Under the pieces are notes generated by a model. The model ran no database searches. It saw only the letters and a program-made list of their open reading frames with translations, and was not told the DNA's origin. Positions 28,547 through 38,662 of a stretch of DNA of 64,000 nucleotides are shown here, piece by piece. Source of the DNA: Candidatus Obscuribacterales bacterium (GTDB taxonomy: Bacteria; Cyanobacteriota; Vampirovibrionia; Obscuribacterales; Obscuribacteraceae); assembly GCA_965228855.1 (NCBI GenBank), contig CBDDIJ010000003.1, forward strand, positions 3,584,001-3,648,000. The letters run 5' to 3'. Position 1 is the first letter of the stretch. Every line of letters begins with the position of its first letter. The translations under genes and the position numbers were made by a program.

Positions 28547-31543
28547 CTAGCCACTGCTGCGATTGACACGCTCAAAATCGATTTCCAGCAGTTTTTTACG
28601 GGCGTAATTCTTCAAATTATTCGGAGCCTTTTCAAATGCCACGCGCGCCGGCTCATATCCCTGCTCTGCCGCTTGCAGATAGAGGATTACCGAACGATCC
28701 CTATCCTTTTTCACGCCGATTCCACGTTCGTAGCACAGTCCCAGCCAGTAGCGAGCTTCCTTCTGTCCACGTTTTGACAGTTCTTCAAACAGAGCAGCCA
28801 GGCGATTGAATCGTGATTGAAATCCCTCGCGAGACCAGAAATTGTCCTGGACGAAAAGCGCATCGGCAGCCCGCTCCAGGAGATGCTTAGCCCGAGGGCG
28901 GTCCAGAGTGACGTTTTTTCCCTCTATCAACTCGAGGGCAAGATTCCAGAGTGATAAAGGGTCTGATTGCTCGACAGCCTTCTCCAGAAGCGCTATTCCC
29001 GCAGCCGGATTTTTCGGACAGCCCTCGCCTTCCAGCAAAGCCACGCCCATTAATCCTTGCGCTTCGGCATCTTCGTAGTTAACGGCTCGTTCCAAAAGTT
29101 TAAGCGCCTCTGCCGGATTAGCTTCGAGCATCAAGCCGCGATTATTCAATGCCGACAAAAACCGCAATGCCTCCGGACTGGCTTCGTCAGCCGCTTTATG
29201 GAGCCACTTCAAAGCTTCGGCTCGTTCGGTTTTAAACCGCTCGTCGTCAAAATCATCAATCGAGGAAGGATCAAAATCTTTGTCGATCTCTTCGACCCAC
29301 CAGCGTACAACCCGCTCGCGTTCTCGCTTGTTGAGATTCTTCATGGTCAGGAAGCGACCGAGCAAATACTGAGCCTCGCGATCTCCGTGCTCAGCGGCTT
29401 TGCGATACCATCTCAGCGCTTCGTTCAAATCCCGACCATCAGGATTGTTGCCCCGATAATAAGCGGCTAGTCCAAGCATGGCCGAAATATTTCTTCGATC
29501 GGCTGCATTGCGCAACCAGCTCAAACTGTTTTGAGGATAAATGCTCTCCTCGAAGCAAAGGCGATAACAGAGGGTCAAATGCGGCTCCACCACTTCGCTG
29601 CCAAAGTCAAAAGCGCTTCGGTACAGTTCAGCAGCCCTACCGAGGTTGCGATTGACACCGACACCTCTCTCATAACATTTCGCCAGAATAATCACGGCAA
29701 ACTCGTTCTTCTTGTCCGCGAGCAATTTCAACGTCGAAATAACTTCACGAATCGGTTTGTCCAGCGGCTCTTGCAGCAGCGAGCGCAGCTTCACCTCTGC
29801 AGCCGGAGAAGATGGAACATTCGCGGTCGATAACCAGTTTTCCACGTGAACGAGCTCGACATCAGACATGATCTTTGCATCACGAATCATGTCCAGCTTT
29901 TCCTGCGCCATGGAACTTCCCAGTTTGACAGCGAGTTCCAGCCAACGCATACCTTCCTCGACATCGCGCTCAACTCCGTCGCCGTCGATGTAACACAGAC
30001 CCAATTCACAGGCCGCACCGGCATGATCGAGCTCCGCCGCGCGCCGGTAGAGGTCTACAGCCCGAGCACGGTCTTGATTTACCCCGTCGCCAAAGTAGTA
30101 ACAAATGCCCAGAAGGTAGAGTGCGCCATCATTGGCTTCATTGCTGTCAATCGCGGCAGCGAGCCAGCGAACAGCTTCCGGCCAACGCTTTTCCGTACCG
30201 ATTCCGTAATAGAGGCACCGCCCGTAGTTGCTCTGACCGAGACTGTGACCGTTCTCCGCAGCCCGGCGGTACCAGTAGAGCATTTCCTCGTAATTAGTCT
30301 CTATTCCTCGATCGCCCTCAAGAAGGCAAGCAAGATTTACCATCGCTCCGGTAACGCCCTGGTCTGCGGCTTTCCGATAGTAGAAGGCCGCCTTCACTGG
30401 ATTGAGTTCAATGAAATCTCCGAAGTCATAGCAAACCGCGAGCTCATATTGCGACTGAGCATATCCGGCTTCCGCCGATTTGATCAGCCACTTCATGGAC
30501 TCCTCATCGTTCTTCGAGACGATTTCACCATCGCGTTGAGCCATTGCCAGCATATATTGCGCACTGGTATTGCCCAGGTTAGCGGCCGTTTTCAAACTAT
30601 CGCCGTCGCCGGCATCGAACGGAGCGGACATAGCCGGGTCAGTCTTTCCATCTCCAGCGGAATAAGCGCTCCAACAGGCAAGCAACGCGACTTCCAGATC
30701 CGCGCGCAACTCGACCACATTCTTATATCTCTGCTCCGGCTTTTTCGCCAGACACTTCATCAAACAATGTTCTAAAGTCTGTGGTAGCACCAAATCCGGT
30801 GCCACGCTCGAGATCGGATTGGGAGGTGTCGAGACGTGAAAGTTCATGGCTTCAAACGCGCTGGACGCGGAGAAGGGCAGCGCGCCCACCAGAACACGGT
30901 ACATGATGCAGCCGAGCGAATAAATATCGCTTCGCTCGTCAAGTTCGCGACCGAGACATTGCTCCGGGCTCATGTAAGCAGGGGTCCCCTGCACGCGTCC
31001 CATGGTGGTGAGATTTTGAGTTTCACTCTCGCTATCACCGAAGTATTTTGCCATGCCAAAGTCGACTAGCTTGACGGTTTCCTGACCATTCTCATCGCGA
31101 GCCACCATGACGTTCGACGGTTTCAAATCTCGGTGAATAGCACCTTTCTCGTGGGCAAAACGCAAAGCATTGGTAATGCAGAGAAACAATGGTATTGCGC
31201 GCGAAGGCTCCAGACGCCCCTCTCGGCTTACTAACTGTTCGAGACTCTCACCATGGATATATTCCATGACAAGATAGGCGAAACCTTCACTGGAAACGCC
31301 AAAATCAAAGACAGAGACAATGTTGTCGGAAGCTAAAGAATTAGCGACTTTCGCCTCACGAACAAAGCGTTCGAAATTGGACTGATCGCCGGACAGGTCG
31401 GAGAATAAAACCTTAATGGCGCACAGCCGGTCCAGGTGCTTTTGAGTAGCGCGAAGAACCATGCCGAGACCGCCGCGCCCGATAATCGAGTTGACCTCGT
31501 ACTTTCCATCGATTGTCGTTCCGAGTAGCGAGTCGGGGCGCAA
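28547..31543 (-). CDS. Ser/Thr protein kinase fused to a long SEL1-repeat array
   Basis: IGRGGLG, AIK, HRDLKPSN, DFG and GTPAYMSPEQ motifs, followed by more than 10 SEL1 repeats. TTG 31543 has AGGAG 7 nt upstream; the ORF track start is 31585. Confidence 0.92.
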   Translation of the reverse strand: MRPDSLLGTTIDGKYEVNSIIGRGGLGMVLRATQKHLDRLCAIKVLFSDLSGDQSNFERFVREAKVANSLASDNIVSVFDFGVSSEGFAYLVMEYIHGESLEQLVSREGRLEPSRAIPLFLCITNALRFAHEKGAIHRDLKPSNVMVARDENGQETVKLVDFGMAKYFGDSESETQNLTTMGRVQGTPAYMSPEQCLGRELDERSDIYSLGCIMYRVLVGALPFSASSAFEAMNFHVSTPPNPISSVAPDLVLPQTLEHCLMKCLAKKPEQRYKNVVELRADLEVALLACWSAYSAGDGKTDPAMSAPFDAGDGDSLKTAANLGNTSAQYMLAMAQRDGEIVSKNDEESMKWLIKSAEAGYAQSQYELAVCYDFGDFIELNPVKAAFYYRKAADQGVTGAMVNLACLLEGDRGIETNYEEMLYWYRRAAENGHSLGQSNYGRCLYYGIGTEKRWPEAVRWLAAAIDSNEANDGALYLLGICYYFGDGVNQDRARAVDLYRRAAELDHAGAACELGLCYIDGDGVERDVEEGMRWLELAVKLGSSMAQEKLDMIRDAKIMSDVELVHVENWLSTANVPSSPAAEVKLRSLLQEPLDKPIREVISTLKLLADKKNEFAVIILAKCYERGVGVNRNLGRAAELYRSAFDFGSEVVEPHLTLCYRLCFEESIYPQNSLSWLRNAADRRNISAMLGLAAYYRGNNPDGRDLNEALRWYRKAAEHGDREAQYLLGRFLTMKNLNKRERERVVRWWVEEIDKDFDPSSIDDFDDERFKTERAEALKWLHKAADEASPEALRFLSALNNRGLMLEANPAEALKLLERAVNYEDAEAQGLMGVALLEGEGCPKNPAAGIALLEKAVEQSDPLSLWNLALELIEGKNVTLDRPRAKHLLERAADALFVQDNFWSREGFQSRFNRLAALFEELSKRGQKEARYWLGLCYERGIGVKKDRDRSVILYLQAAEQGYEPARVAFEKAPNNLKNYARKKLLEIDFERVNRSSG

Positions 31544-31593
31544 TTCATGTCTCCTGAAAACCGACGAGCCTGATCGAAGAAACACTGAGCTTA

Positions 31594-32202
31594 ATGCTCC
31601 ACATAACAGCTATATTAAAACGTAACAGGAAACCTGCAAGGCACAATGGTTTTAAAGTGCAGATTATAAACGGCGACCAAAAATCAAGCAGGTCGGTAAT
31701 TGTCCGACAGGCGACCCTTGAAGATGCGGAGGCGCTCCATCAGCTCGACTTGTGCCTTGAAAAAGAAACCGACATCGACATCCCGTCAGTCGTCCCCTGT
31801 TCGCAGGCGAATTATCAGCGACTAATCGCACGAACGATGTCAAGCCAGCGAATGGAGCTCCATCTGGTTGCAGAAATCGATGGACGAGTCGTTGGACAGC
31901 TCAGATGTACGGGATATCGTCGAAGAGAATTTCGGCACGTCGCCAGTTTGGATATTGCCATTCACAAGGATTTTCGAGGTCTGGGAATTGGCACGCTTCT
32001 GATGAAAGAGACCGTGAACTGGGCGGTTTCAACCGGTTCAATTAAACGGCTGGAATTGTCCGTGTACACATCAAATGAAGTTGCGTTGCGGCTCTATAAA
32101 AAAATCGGTTTTGAAGTGGAAGGTTTGAGGAAAAAAGGATTGTGTCACAGAGGCAAATACATCGATTATTTTACGATGGCGAAACTGCTATTTCCCACTT
32201 GA
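31594..32202 (+). CDS. GNAT family N-acetyltransferase
   Basis: LVAEIDGRVVG, FRGLGIGTLL, NEVALRLYKKIGFEVEG. Start may be GTG 31657. Confidence 0.9.
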   Translation: MLHITAILKRNRKPARHNGFKVQIINGDQKSSRSVIVRQATLEDAEALHQLDLCLEKETDIDIPSVVPCSQANYQRLIARTMSSQRMELHLVAEIDGRVVGQLRCTGYRRREFRHVASLDIAIHKDFRGLGIGTLLMKETVNWAVSTGSIKRLELSVYTSNEVALRLYKKIGFEVEGLRKKGLCHRGKYIDYFTMAKLLFPT

Positions 32203-32387
32203 ATCGAGTGTATATGCGGCTCAGAAGATAAGTTCAACCAGGTTTCACCCGTCGCCAGTTTATAGACCTCTTTAACTGAAAAGACCCGCAAAATCATCCC
32301 TCTACAGAACTAACATTGTGCTATCTTTGAATCATATTTTGTCACGTTTAAACCCGCATTTTGAGACCTGGATTTAGTAAAACCTAG

Positions 32388-34637
32388 ATGGAATCGGCGA
32401 CAGACTTATCTTCCCTATACGGATCTGTAGGTTGGATCGTCGACAGGACCAGTCCTACCAGACAGGTCCTCGGAACGGTTTGGCTGGTTAGAAGTCAGGT
32501 TGCGGTCACCTGCACTCACGTTGTCATTCCGTACTTCGACGTTCCGGAAGCTCTTGGTGTGGATTTTCCGCACGTTGGCAAGCGATTCAGCGTCAAAGAA
32601 ATCATGCCGCACAGCTTTTACGATCCCTGGCTGATCAGGCGAAAGTATCAAACTCCAGAGATTTACCCGCCCCATGCCCTTTCTGTTGAAACCAACAACC
32701 TTTCCGCTCTGGTTTTAAATGCTGTGCCGCCACCTCTGGAAAAAGCGACAGTCGAAAAGGTTTCGCGTCTGTTAAAGCGAGCAATGCCGGAGGAAGAATC
32801 AACGCTTTCCGGCTCAGCCACACAAGTTCAAATAACATCCATTATTCAAACGTTGTTGAGCAATCGCAGCAATCAGGGCACACTCACGCTTTTCGACGAG
32901 AACAACAATCCGGTAGCAAAATTCTATCTTCGAGAGAATCAACTCACACATGTGCGTTACGGTCATCTTTTGAATGAGGAAGCGCTTTTCAGACTGCTTA
33001 CGCAAGTGGAAGAACAGACCTTCCAATTCACTTTCACTTACGATTATGACCCGGAGTGGGCGAAGTTTCCTCCAGTGCAAAGATCCACAGCCGGCTTGCT
33101 GCTCGATGCATACAGTCGACTGGAGAACTATCAACAAACTCTCAAAGAGTTCAACAACAATCTGAATATCATGGTATCGCAGGCGGTGCCGAATTTGAAC
33201 CTGGATCCGCTGCCCCTGGAAAATCGTCCGGCCGTGGCTTGTGCATGGAACCATATTCGAAACGGAATTCCGCTCCAGCGCTTACTGAAAGCATGCAACT
33301 TTGACGGCTCTACATTAATGCTTGCTCTTAAGTATCTGCGCGAAACAGGTCAAATTCAAGGGCGAGACATGCCGCCGGCGACAAACCTCGAACTCTCGAA
33401 GATGACGGTCGCTAACAACTGTTCATTGGACAGAGGAACGCCGATCAGTGCAGTGACAATCGATCCTGACACAAGACTGCCGGTCATAGAGAACGGTTTT
33501 ATCCTCGATTTTTGCACGGACAAGGGCGATGGACATTATGTCCACTCCATAGGACTACCTCCCAGTGCCGCGGGTGCTCCGCTTCTAGTCAATGGAGAGG
33601 TCGTCGCCGTGCATTGCGGAATACTGACTGAGGGAGTCGATCAATTTGCCGAGTGGATTCACCCATCACTGGCAATCGCAGCGGATCAAGTCTACCAATG
33701 CCTCGACTTGTCGCCCCAAAAGAAGACCACCGAAATTCTTGCATTTCAGGCTGACGCGGCAGAACGCCTGACTTACGACTCGCTCGACGCCACGGCCTCA
33801 GGAGAGTACGTTCAACCACCTGCTATCGGCCAGGTCTCAGGAGGTTGGGAAAGGACGTCGATCGCGCAACAGGAACTTCCACGCAGCTCAGGTCAACACG
33901 GGGCGATTTCCTCACAGGGTCAGTCTGCACGAGACAGACGAGCCGAGGACCGCGGACGAGCATCCGGAGAATTTCGTCCGGTAGATTTGAGTCAGCCTGC
34001 AGATCAAGCAGCACAGAGCAATACAGGAAGTTTCAAGAAGAAGTCGGGTTTCTTCGACACGATTAGCGGAATATTTAAAGGCAAGGGTGAAGTTGTTGAA
34101 ACTGAAACCACTGAAATCAACTTGCTGCGCCAGGGATTGGATAGCAACGAATTCAAGAAAGTACCCGTCACTCAGTCGGTTCGCGTTGGAGATCTGATTC
34201 GCATTCGTTTGCGAATATTGCAAAACACTTACGCCGCCGTCCTGTTAAAAATGAATGGCGAGGAAAATGTTCGCTTGATTTACCCGGACGCTCCGGCTCA
34301 CGAAGAGCCGCTTCTGAAGGGCACTACACTGGATTGCCCGACACAGTTCACTGATGCTGGAGGTGTCGGTCGGAAGAATGTACGCCTGGGAATTCCAATC
34401 AACTCCGGCGATGGATTCGATGAAGTCATGGTACTAACAGGTGCGCAACCACTGGTGGTGCGCCTGTTCGAACTGGGACCTGATCGCGTTTTCAACCTGG
34501 TGAACAAAAGTCTCGGGGAGGCAACCGCAGGAAAGTTCTACGTTAACCGTATGGAGATTTCCAAGGCGACTTCTGAGAATCAAGACTCACCTAATGTCTT
34601 TTCGGTTGCGCTCCTCGAGCTCATACATTCGGACTAA
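32388..34637 (+). CDS. Multidomain protein: split trypsin-like fold / DUF4388-like / DUF4384-like
   Basis: VAVTCTHVV (N-half); SGSATQVQITSIIQTL...GTLTL...FYLRENQLTHVRYGHLLNEEALFRLL (DUF4388-like); AGAPLLVNGEVVAVHCG (C-half); VRVGDLIRIRL...LIYPD (DUF4384-like). Confidence 0.75.
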   Translation: MESATDLSSLYGSVGWIVDRTSPTRQVLGTVWLVRSQVAVTCTHVVIPYFDVPEALGVDFPHVGKRFSVKEIMPHSFYDPWLIRRKYQTPEIYPPHALSVETNNLSALVLNAVPPPLEKATVEKVSRLLKRAMPEEESTLSGSATQVQITSIIQTLLSNRSNQGTLTLFDENNNPVAKFYLRENQLTHVRYGHLLNEEALFRLLTQVEEQTFQFTFTYDYDPEWAKFPPVQRSTAGLLLDAYSRLENYQQTLKEFNNNLNIMVSQAVPNLNLDPLPLENRPAVACAWNHIRNGIPLQRLLKACNFDGSTLMLALKYLRETGQIQGRDMPPATNLELSKMTVANNCSLDRGTPISAVTIDPDTRLPVIENGFILDFCTDKGDGHYVHSIGLPPSAAGAPLLVNGEVVAVHCGILTEGVDQFAEWIHPSLAIAADQVYQCLDLSPQKKTTEILAFQADAAERLTYDSLDATASGEYVQPPAIGQVSGGWERTSIAQQELPRSSGQHGAISSQGQSARDRRAEDRGRASGEFRPVDLSQPADQAAQSNTGSFKKKSGFFDTISGIFKGKGEVVETETTEINLLRQGLDSNEFKKVPVTQSVRVGDLIRIRLRILQNTYAAVLLKMNGEENVRLIYPDAPAHEEPLLKGTTLDCPTQFTDAGGVGRKNVRLGIPINSGDGFDEVMVLTGAQPLVVRLFELGPDRVFNLVNKSLGEATAGKFYVNRMEISKATSENQDSPNVFSVALLELIHSD

Positions 34638-34650
34638 GCTAAGCTCAGGT

Positions 34651-35388
34651 TTAAATTTCTAACGGCTGCTCTTGAGGTGCTGGAGTCGGTTTCGCGCCGG
34701 GTGCCGGAGTTGACGGTACGTCAGGCCCACTCTGGGAAGGCGGAACAGTGTTTGGCTGTGGGTCAAGCGGCTTGTTGTTGTTGTGGTCTTTGTCAGAGTC
34801 CAGTTTGTCGTTGGGAGAATTTGTCGGTCCGGTGATACTGTCGTCGCCCCCCTTGCCTCCGCCGGAAGCACCTCCGTCCGGCGCATTGGCATCGGTTCCG
34901 GGAAGCGAATCGGCTTGACCATCTGGTGGTTGATTCATTGCGTCATCCGGCGGATTGGCATCAGTGGAATCGTCAGTTGATGAGGACATCATTTTATTGA
35001 GCCCGTTGTCGGAACCGGGTTTTTCAGGATTACCATTGGGATCGGAGTCGCGAGCCGGATCGGTTTCTGCTGGCGGTTTAGACGAAGGGTCTGAATCGGC
35101 ACTAGTTTCATCAGAAGCCGACATCATCATGTTGCCGTCCGTCGCGGTCTGACTCATGGACTTCATACTCTCGGGGCTGGCGGTTCCAGTGGTACCATCC
35201 TTGCCACCACTGGCGGTATCTAAACCGGTAATTTCCATCGCGTGCAAATTAGACGTATCTTGTGTCATCTGTTCTCTAATCGAACTGAAGCTACTCATTT
35301 CCGCATTAGTCGGTTGGGATAAGCCGGAATCGAAACTCGGTTGACTGATTGCATTCGATTCAGCGGATTCAGCGCGTTCTCCAGCCAT
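34651..35388 (-). CDS. Intrinsically disordered acidic Ser/Pro/Asp-rich protein
   Basis: 245 aa, low complexity, GAGGAG RBS upstream, no hydrophobic signal. Confidence 0.7.
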   Translation of the reverse strand: MAGERAESAESNAISQPSFDSGLSQPTNAEMSSFSSIREQMTQDTSNLHAMEITGLDTASGGKDGTTGTASPESMKSMSQTATDGNMMMSASDETSADSDPSSKPPAETDPARDSDPNGNPEKPGSDNGLNKMMSSSTDDSTDANPPDDAMNQPPDGQADSLPGTDANAPDGGASGGGKGGDDSITGPTNSPNDKLDSDKDHNNNKPLDPQPNTVPPSQSGPDVPSTPAPGAKPTPAPQEQPLEI

Positions 35389-35739
35389 GGTGAAATCTCC
35401 TCAAGTAAAAACGACAGCCCGAGCGGTTTCAAAACGGGAAGCAACTGGGGTTTGTCTAGTAAGTGGAACAGTTTGTGGCGTTTGCATACTCAATCTATCG
35501 CCGGGATATCAGGTCAACGTGACGGACGAAACGATGGCGCAAGGCCCCTGCCATTTAATCTTTCTTGACCGAAATCCCGCGCCCTGGTATCCTCGCGGGA
35601 GTGCGCCGATGTTCGATCATTTGAGAAACCGGGTATAAACCAGATCTCGGCGTATGGAAAACGAATCGAGAAATCGCATAAGCGATATCCGTTTATCGCC
35701 ATTTAAATAGATTGTCGATGTTTATATGAGGAACGCCCC

Positions 35740-36342
35740 ATGTCGGACTTAGAGCAACGGGACGGTGGCGCGGATTTTCACGCCAAAAATGCTCCTCCGG
35801 CGGCGATGACCGCAGAAGCGGTCATTACCGGCAAAGACCAGCAAGCTACGCTCGGTACTAAGAGCGAATCGGCGACCTATCCGCTATCTAATATAGATTT
35901 CGTGGACGCGAAGACGGAAAATCATAAAACCAACGACCAGGGACCTAAATTTGAGCCGCCATACTACAATCTCCGCTACGACTATACTGTCGACCCTCTG
36001 GAGAAAGGTATCGGGTCCTTATCCATGTCATTCGATTCAATCTCGACAAAAATGGCAGGGCTCCTCAACAAACCTGAAATAAAAGAGCAGGGCGGCTTTT
36101 CGCTCCAGACCCTCAAGGACACGCTCAACAATCCTGGTTTGAACAAAACGTTTTCGGAAGTCGAGGTCAACTCGCTGCGCTTGATGGCCAATCAGGCAAG
36201 ACGACTTCTCGATCCTTCTTTCGTCGCTAAGCTGGACCGCAAATCGTTCGGCGGGCCTGATCTTCCCATGGACAAGCTCTATATCACTAAAAACAGCGTG
36301 ACTGCAGCTGGAAAACAGCTGGGCGTGATCAAAGAGGCTTAA
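35740..36342 (+). CDS. Hypothetical protein
   Basis: 200-aa ORF with GAGG RBS; disordered N-terminus and helical C-terminal part. Confidence 0.7.
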   Translation: MSDLEQRDGGADFHAKNAPPAAMTAEAVITGKDQQATLGTKSESATYPLSNIDFVDAKTENHKTNDQGPKFEPPYYNLRYDYTVDPLEKGIGSLSMSFDSISTKMAGLLNKPEIKEQGGFSLQTLKDTLNNPGLNKTFSEVEVNSLRLMANQARRLLDPSFVAKLDRKSFGGPDLPMDKLYITKNSVTAAGKQLGVIKEA

Positions 36343-36401
36343 GTGCCGACTTTGCTTGCTATACTGTCCGATGTTTCCCAATCGAGAACAGGAGCATTTT
36401 G

Positions 36402-36737
36402 ATGAAAAGCAAGACCGCTGCGGCTGTCGCTGGACTTCTAACGATTTTTCTCGTCTGCTCACCTCTAGCAGCTGACGCTAAGAAGTGGACGGTGACGCAG
36501 AGACTTGAAAAACTTTCCAAAGATATAGACGAAGGTCGCACAGGAAATGAACTGACGACTAAACAAGTCGAAGATCTTAAAAAGGAAGTTTCAGACATCA
36601 AAGACCGCATGGAAAAAATGAAGAGCAAAAATGGCGGCAAGCTCAGCATTCCTGATACCAATAAAGTTCATAAAGAACTGAACGACTTGAGCGTAAAAAC
36701 GCTTCGCTTGCGCCTCGACAACGTTTACAAACCATAG
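36402..36737 (+). CDS. Small secreted helical protein
   Basis: AGGAG RBS; signal peptide ending ADA; Lys/Glu-rich helical body. Confidence 0.8.
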   Translation: MKSKTAAAVAGLLTIFLVCSPLAADAKKWTVTQRLEKLSKDIDEGRTGNELTTKQVEDLKKEVSDIKDRMEKMKSKNGGKLSIPDTNKVHKELNDLSVKTLRLRLDNVYKP

Positions 36738-36763
36738 TCGAACGCTACCCGTTCTTTAAATCT

Positions 36764-36798
36764 AAACGCCTCGATTGTTATTGCATCGAGGCGTTTTT
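36764..36798. terminator. Intrinsic terminator between convergent genes (likely bidirectional)
   Basis: aaacgcctcgat-loop-atcgaggcgttt followed by a T run. Confidence 0.8.
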
Positions 36799-36857
36799 AT
36801 CTAAACCGTTTGCATGGTCGTAAACTGCCATGCCCGTTTTGAACGGTGGCGCTGTTT

Positions 36858-38510
36858 TTAAACTGCCACCGCCGACGATAGCACTTTGGAGACAAGCGCT
36901 TTCGCTTCATCCTGTATCTGTTTCAAATGCGAATCGCCTTTGAAGCTCTCCGCATAGATTTTGTAGATATCTTCGGTACCGGATGGTCTGGCGGCAAACC
37001 AGCCATTCTCAGTCACAACTTTAAGTCCACCGATTGATGCGTTGTTGCTCGGAGCAGTCGTCAGTTTTTCTACAATTTTCTCGCCGGCGAATTCAGAAGC
37101 TGTGATTTGATCGGCAGACAATTTTTTGAAGTTTGCTTTTTCTTCGGCGGACGCAGGCGCCTCGACCCGGGCATAGACCGGGTTTCCGAATTCTCCGGTC
37201 AGTGCCTCGTAATGATCCGACGGAGATTTGCCGGTAGTCGCGAGAATTTCGGCGCTCAAGAGAGCGAGGATTATTCCATCTTTGTCGGTCGTCCAAACAC
37301 TTCCGTCCTTACGCAGGAAAGATGCTCCTGCGCTCTCCTCACCGCCGAAACCCAGCGAACCATCGGACAATCCCTCAACAAACCATTTAAAGCCGACCGG
37401 CACTTCGACAAGTTTTCTCCCCAAACGTTTAGCAACCCTATCAATCATGCTGCTTGAAACAATCGTCTTTCCGATTCCGGCATCTTTGCGCCAGTTCGTT
37501 CTATTCGTAAAGAGATAGTCGATTGCCACGGCAAGATAATGATTAGGATTCATCAATCCGGCAGTAGGAGTGACGATTCCATGGCGGTCGTGGTCTGTGT
37601 CGTTCGCAAACGCGATATCGTACTGATCTTTTAATTTCAGCAGTCCCGCCATCGCATATGGTGACGAGCAATCCATTCGAACTTTGCCGTCCCAATCCAC
37701 GCTCATGAATGAAAATGTTGGATCGACGAGTGAGTTTACTACTTGAATCGGCAACTTATATTGATCGACCAGACGAGCCCAGTAGGCAACACCAGCGCCG
37801 CCAAGTGGATCAACACCGGCCTTGATTTTGGCACCGCGGATGGCATCAATATCGATGACCGAAGTGAGTTCATCCACATACAGTTTTCCAAAATCGAATT
37901 CTTGAGTCGTCGAAGCTTTAAGTGCGGCTTTGAACGAAATTGTTTTTACATCTTTCAAGCCATTGGCTAGAAATTCATTAGCCTTCTTCTCAATCCAGCC
38001 TGTAATGCTGGTATCGGCTGGACCACCCGAAGGCGGATTGTATTTGAACCCACCATCTTCAGGTGGATTGTGCGACGGAGTGATCACGATTCCATCAGCC
38101 AAACCGCTTTTCTTGCCCTTGTTATAGTTGAGAATCGCGAGTGAAATCGCCGGCGTCGGCGTGTAACCGCCGGCGCTGTCAATCATGACATTAACGTCAT
38201 TGGCGGCAAGCACGGAGAGAGCGCTGGCAAACGCCGGCTCGGACAGTGCATGCGTGTCGATGCCAAGATAAAGAGGTCCGGTGTAACCTTGCTCCTTCCG
38301 GTACAAGCATATAGCCTGTGTTATTGCGAGGATGTGGTCTTCATTGAATGCTCGCTTGAATGCAGAGCCTCTGTGTCCGGACGTCCCGAACGCCACACGC
38401 TCTGTTGGTTCCGAAACATCCGGCTTGTCTTCGTAGTAAGACGTGATAAGTTTCGGCACATTGACAAGCATGTCGGGCTGCACTGGCTTTCCTGCAAACG
38501 GACTGAGCAT
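36858..38510 (-). CDS. pgm: Phosphoglucomutase (alpha-D-glucose-1,6-bisphosphate-dependent)
   Basis: [14 protein letters not shown] phosphoserine loop, DTDHDR metal loop, GEESAG and RPSGTE motifs. AGGAG RBS before ATG 38510. Confidence 0.96.
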   Translation of the reverse strand: MLSPFAGKPVQPDMLVNVPKLITSYYEDKPDVSEPTERVAFGTSGHRGSAFKRAFNEDHILAITQAICLYRKEQGYTGPLYLGIDTHALSEPAFASALSVLAANDVNVMIDSAGGYTPTPAISLAILNYNKGKKSGLADGIVITPSHNPPEDGGFKYNPPSGGPADTSITGWIEKKANEFLANGLKDVKTISFKAALKASTTQEFDFGKLYVDELTSVIDIDAIRGAKIKAGVDPLGGAGVAYWARLVDQYKLPIQVVNSLVDPTFSFMSVDWDGKVRMDCSSPYAMAGLLKLKDQYDIAFANDTDHDRHGIVTPTAGLMNPNHYLAVAIDYLFTNRTNWRKDAGIGKTIVSSSMIDRVAKRLGRKLVEVPVGFKWFVEGLSDGSLGFGGEESAGASFLRKDGSVWTTDKDGIILALLSAEILATTGKSPSDHYEALTGEFGNPVYARVEAPASAEEKANFKKLSADQITASEFAGEKIVEKLTTAPSNNASIGGLKVVTENGWFAARPSGTEDIYKIYAESFKGDSHLKQIQDEAKALVSKVLSSAVAV

Positions 38511-38662
38511 CACTACATCTCCTATTGAAAGGTGCGCGACCACGGGCGGACTACGCCCGGTGGAGGTCTATAGCATATAACATCTGGAGTGAACTTGACC
38601 TGCCGAAACCCAAGAAAGTGACTTTCTCGAACGAGTCAAACCCGCTGTGCGGAGGGTCTGAA

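Noticed and set aside
29846..30775. 309-aa + strand ORF
   Set aside because: Antisense shadow of the kinase-SEL1 gene.
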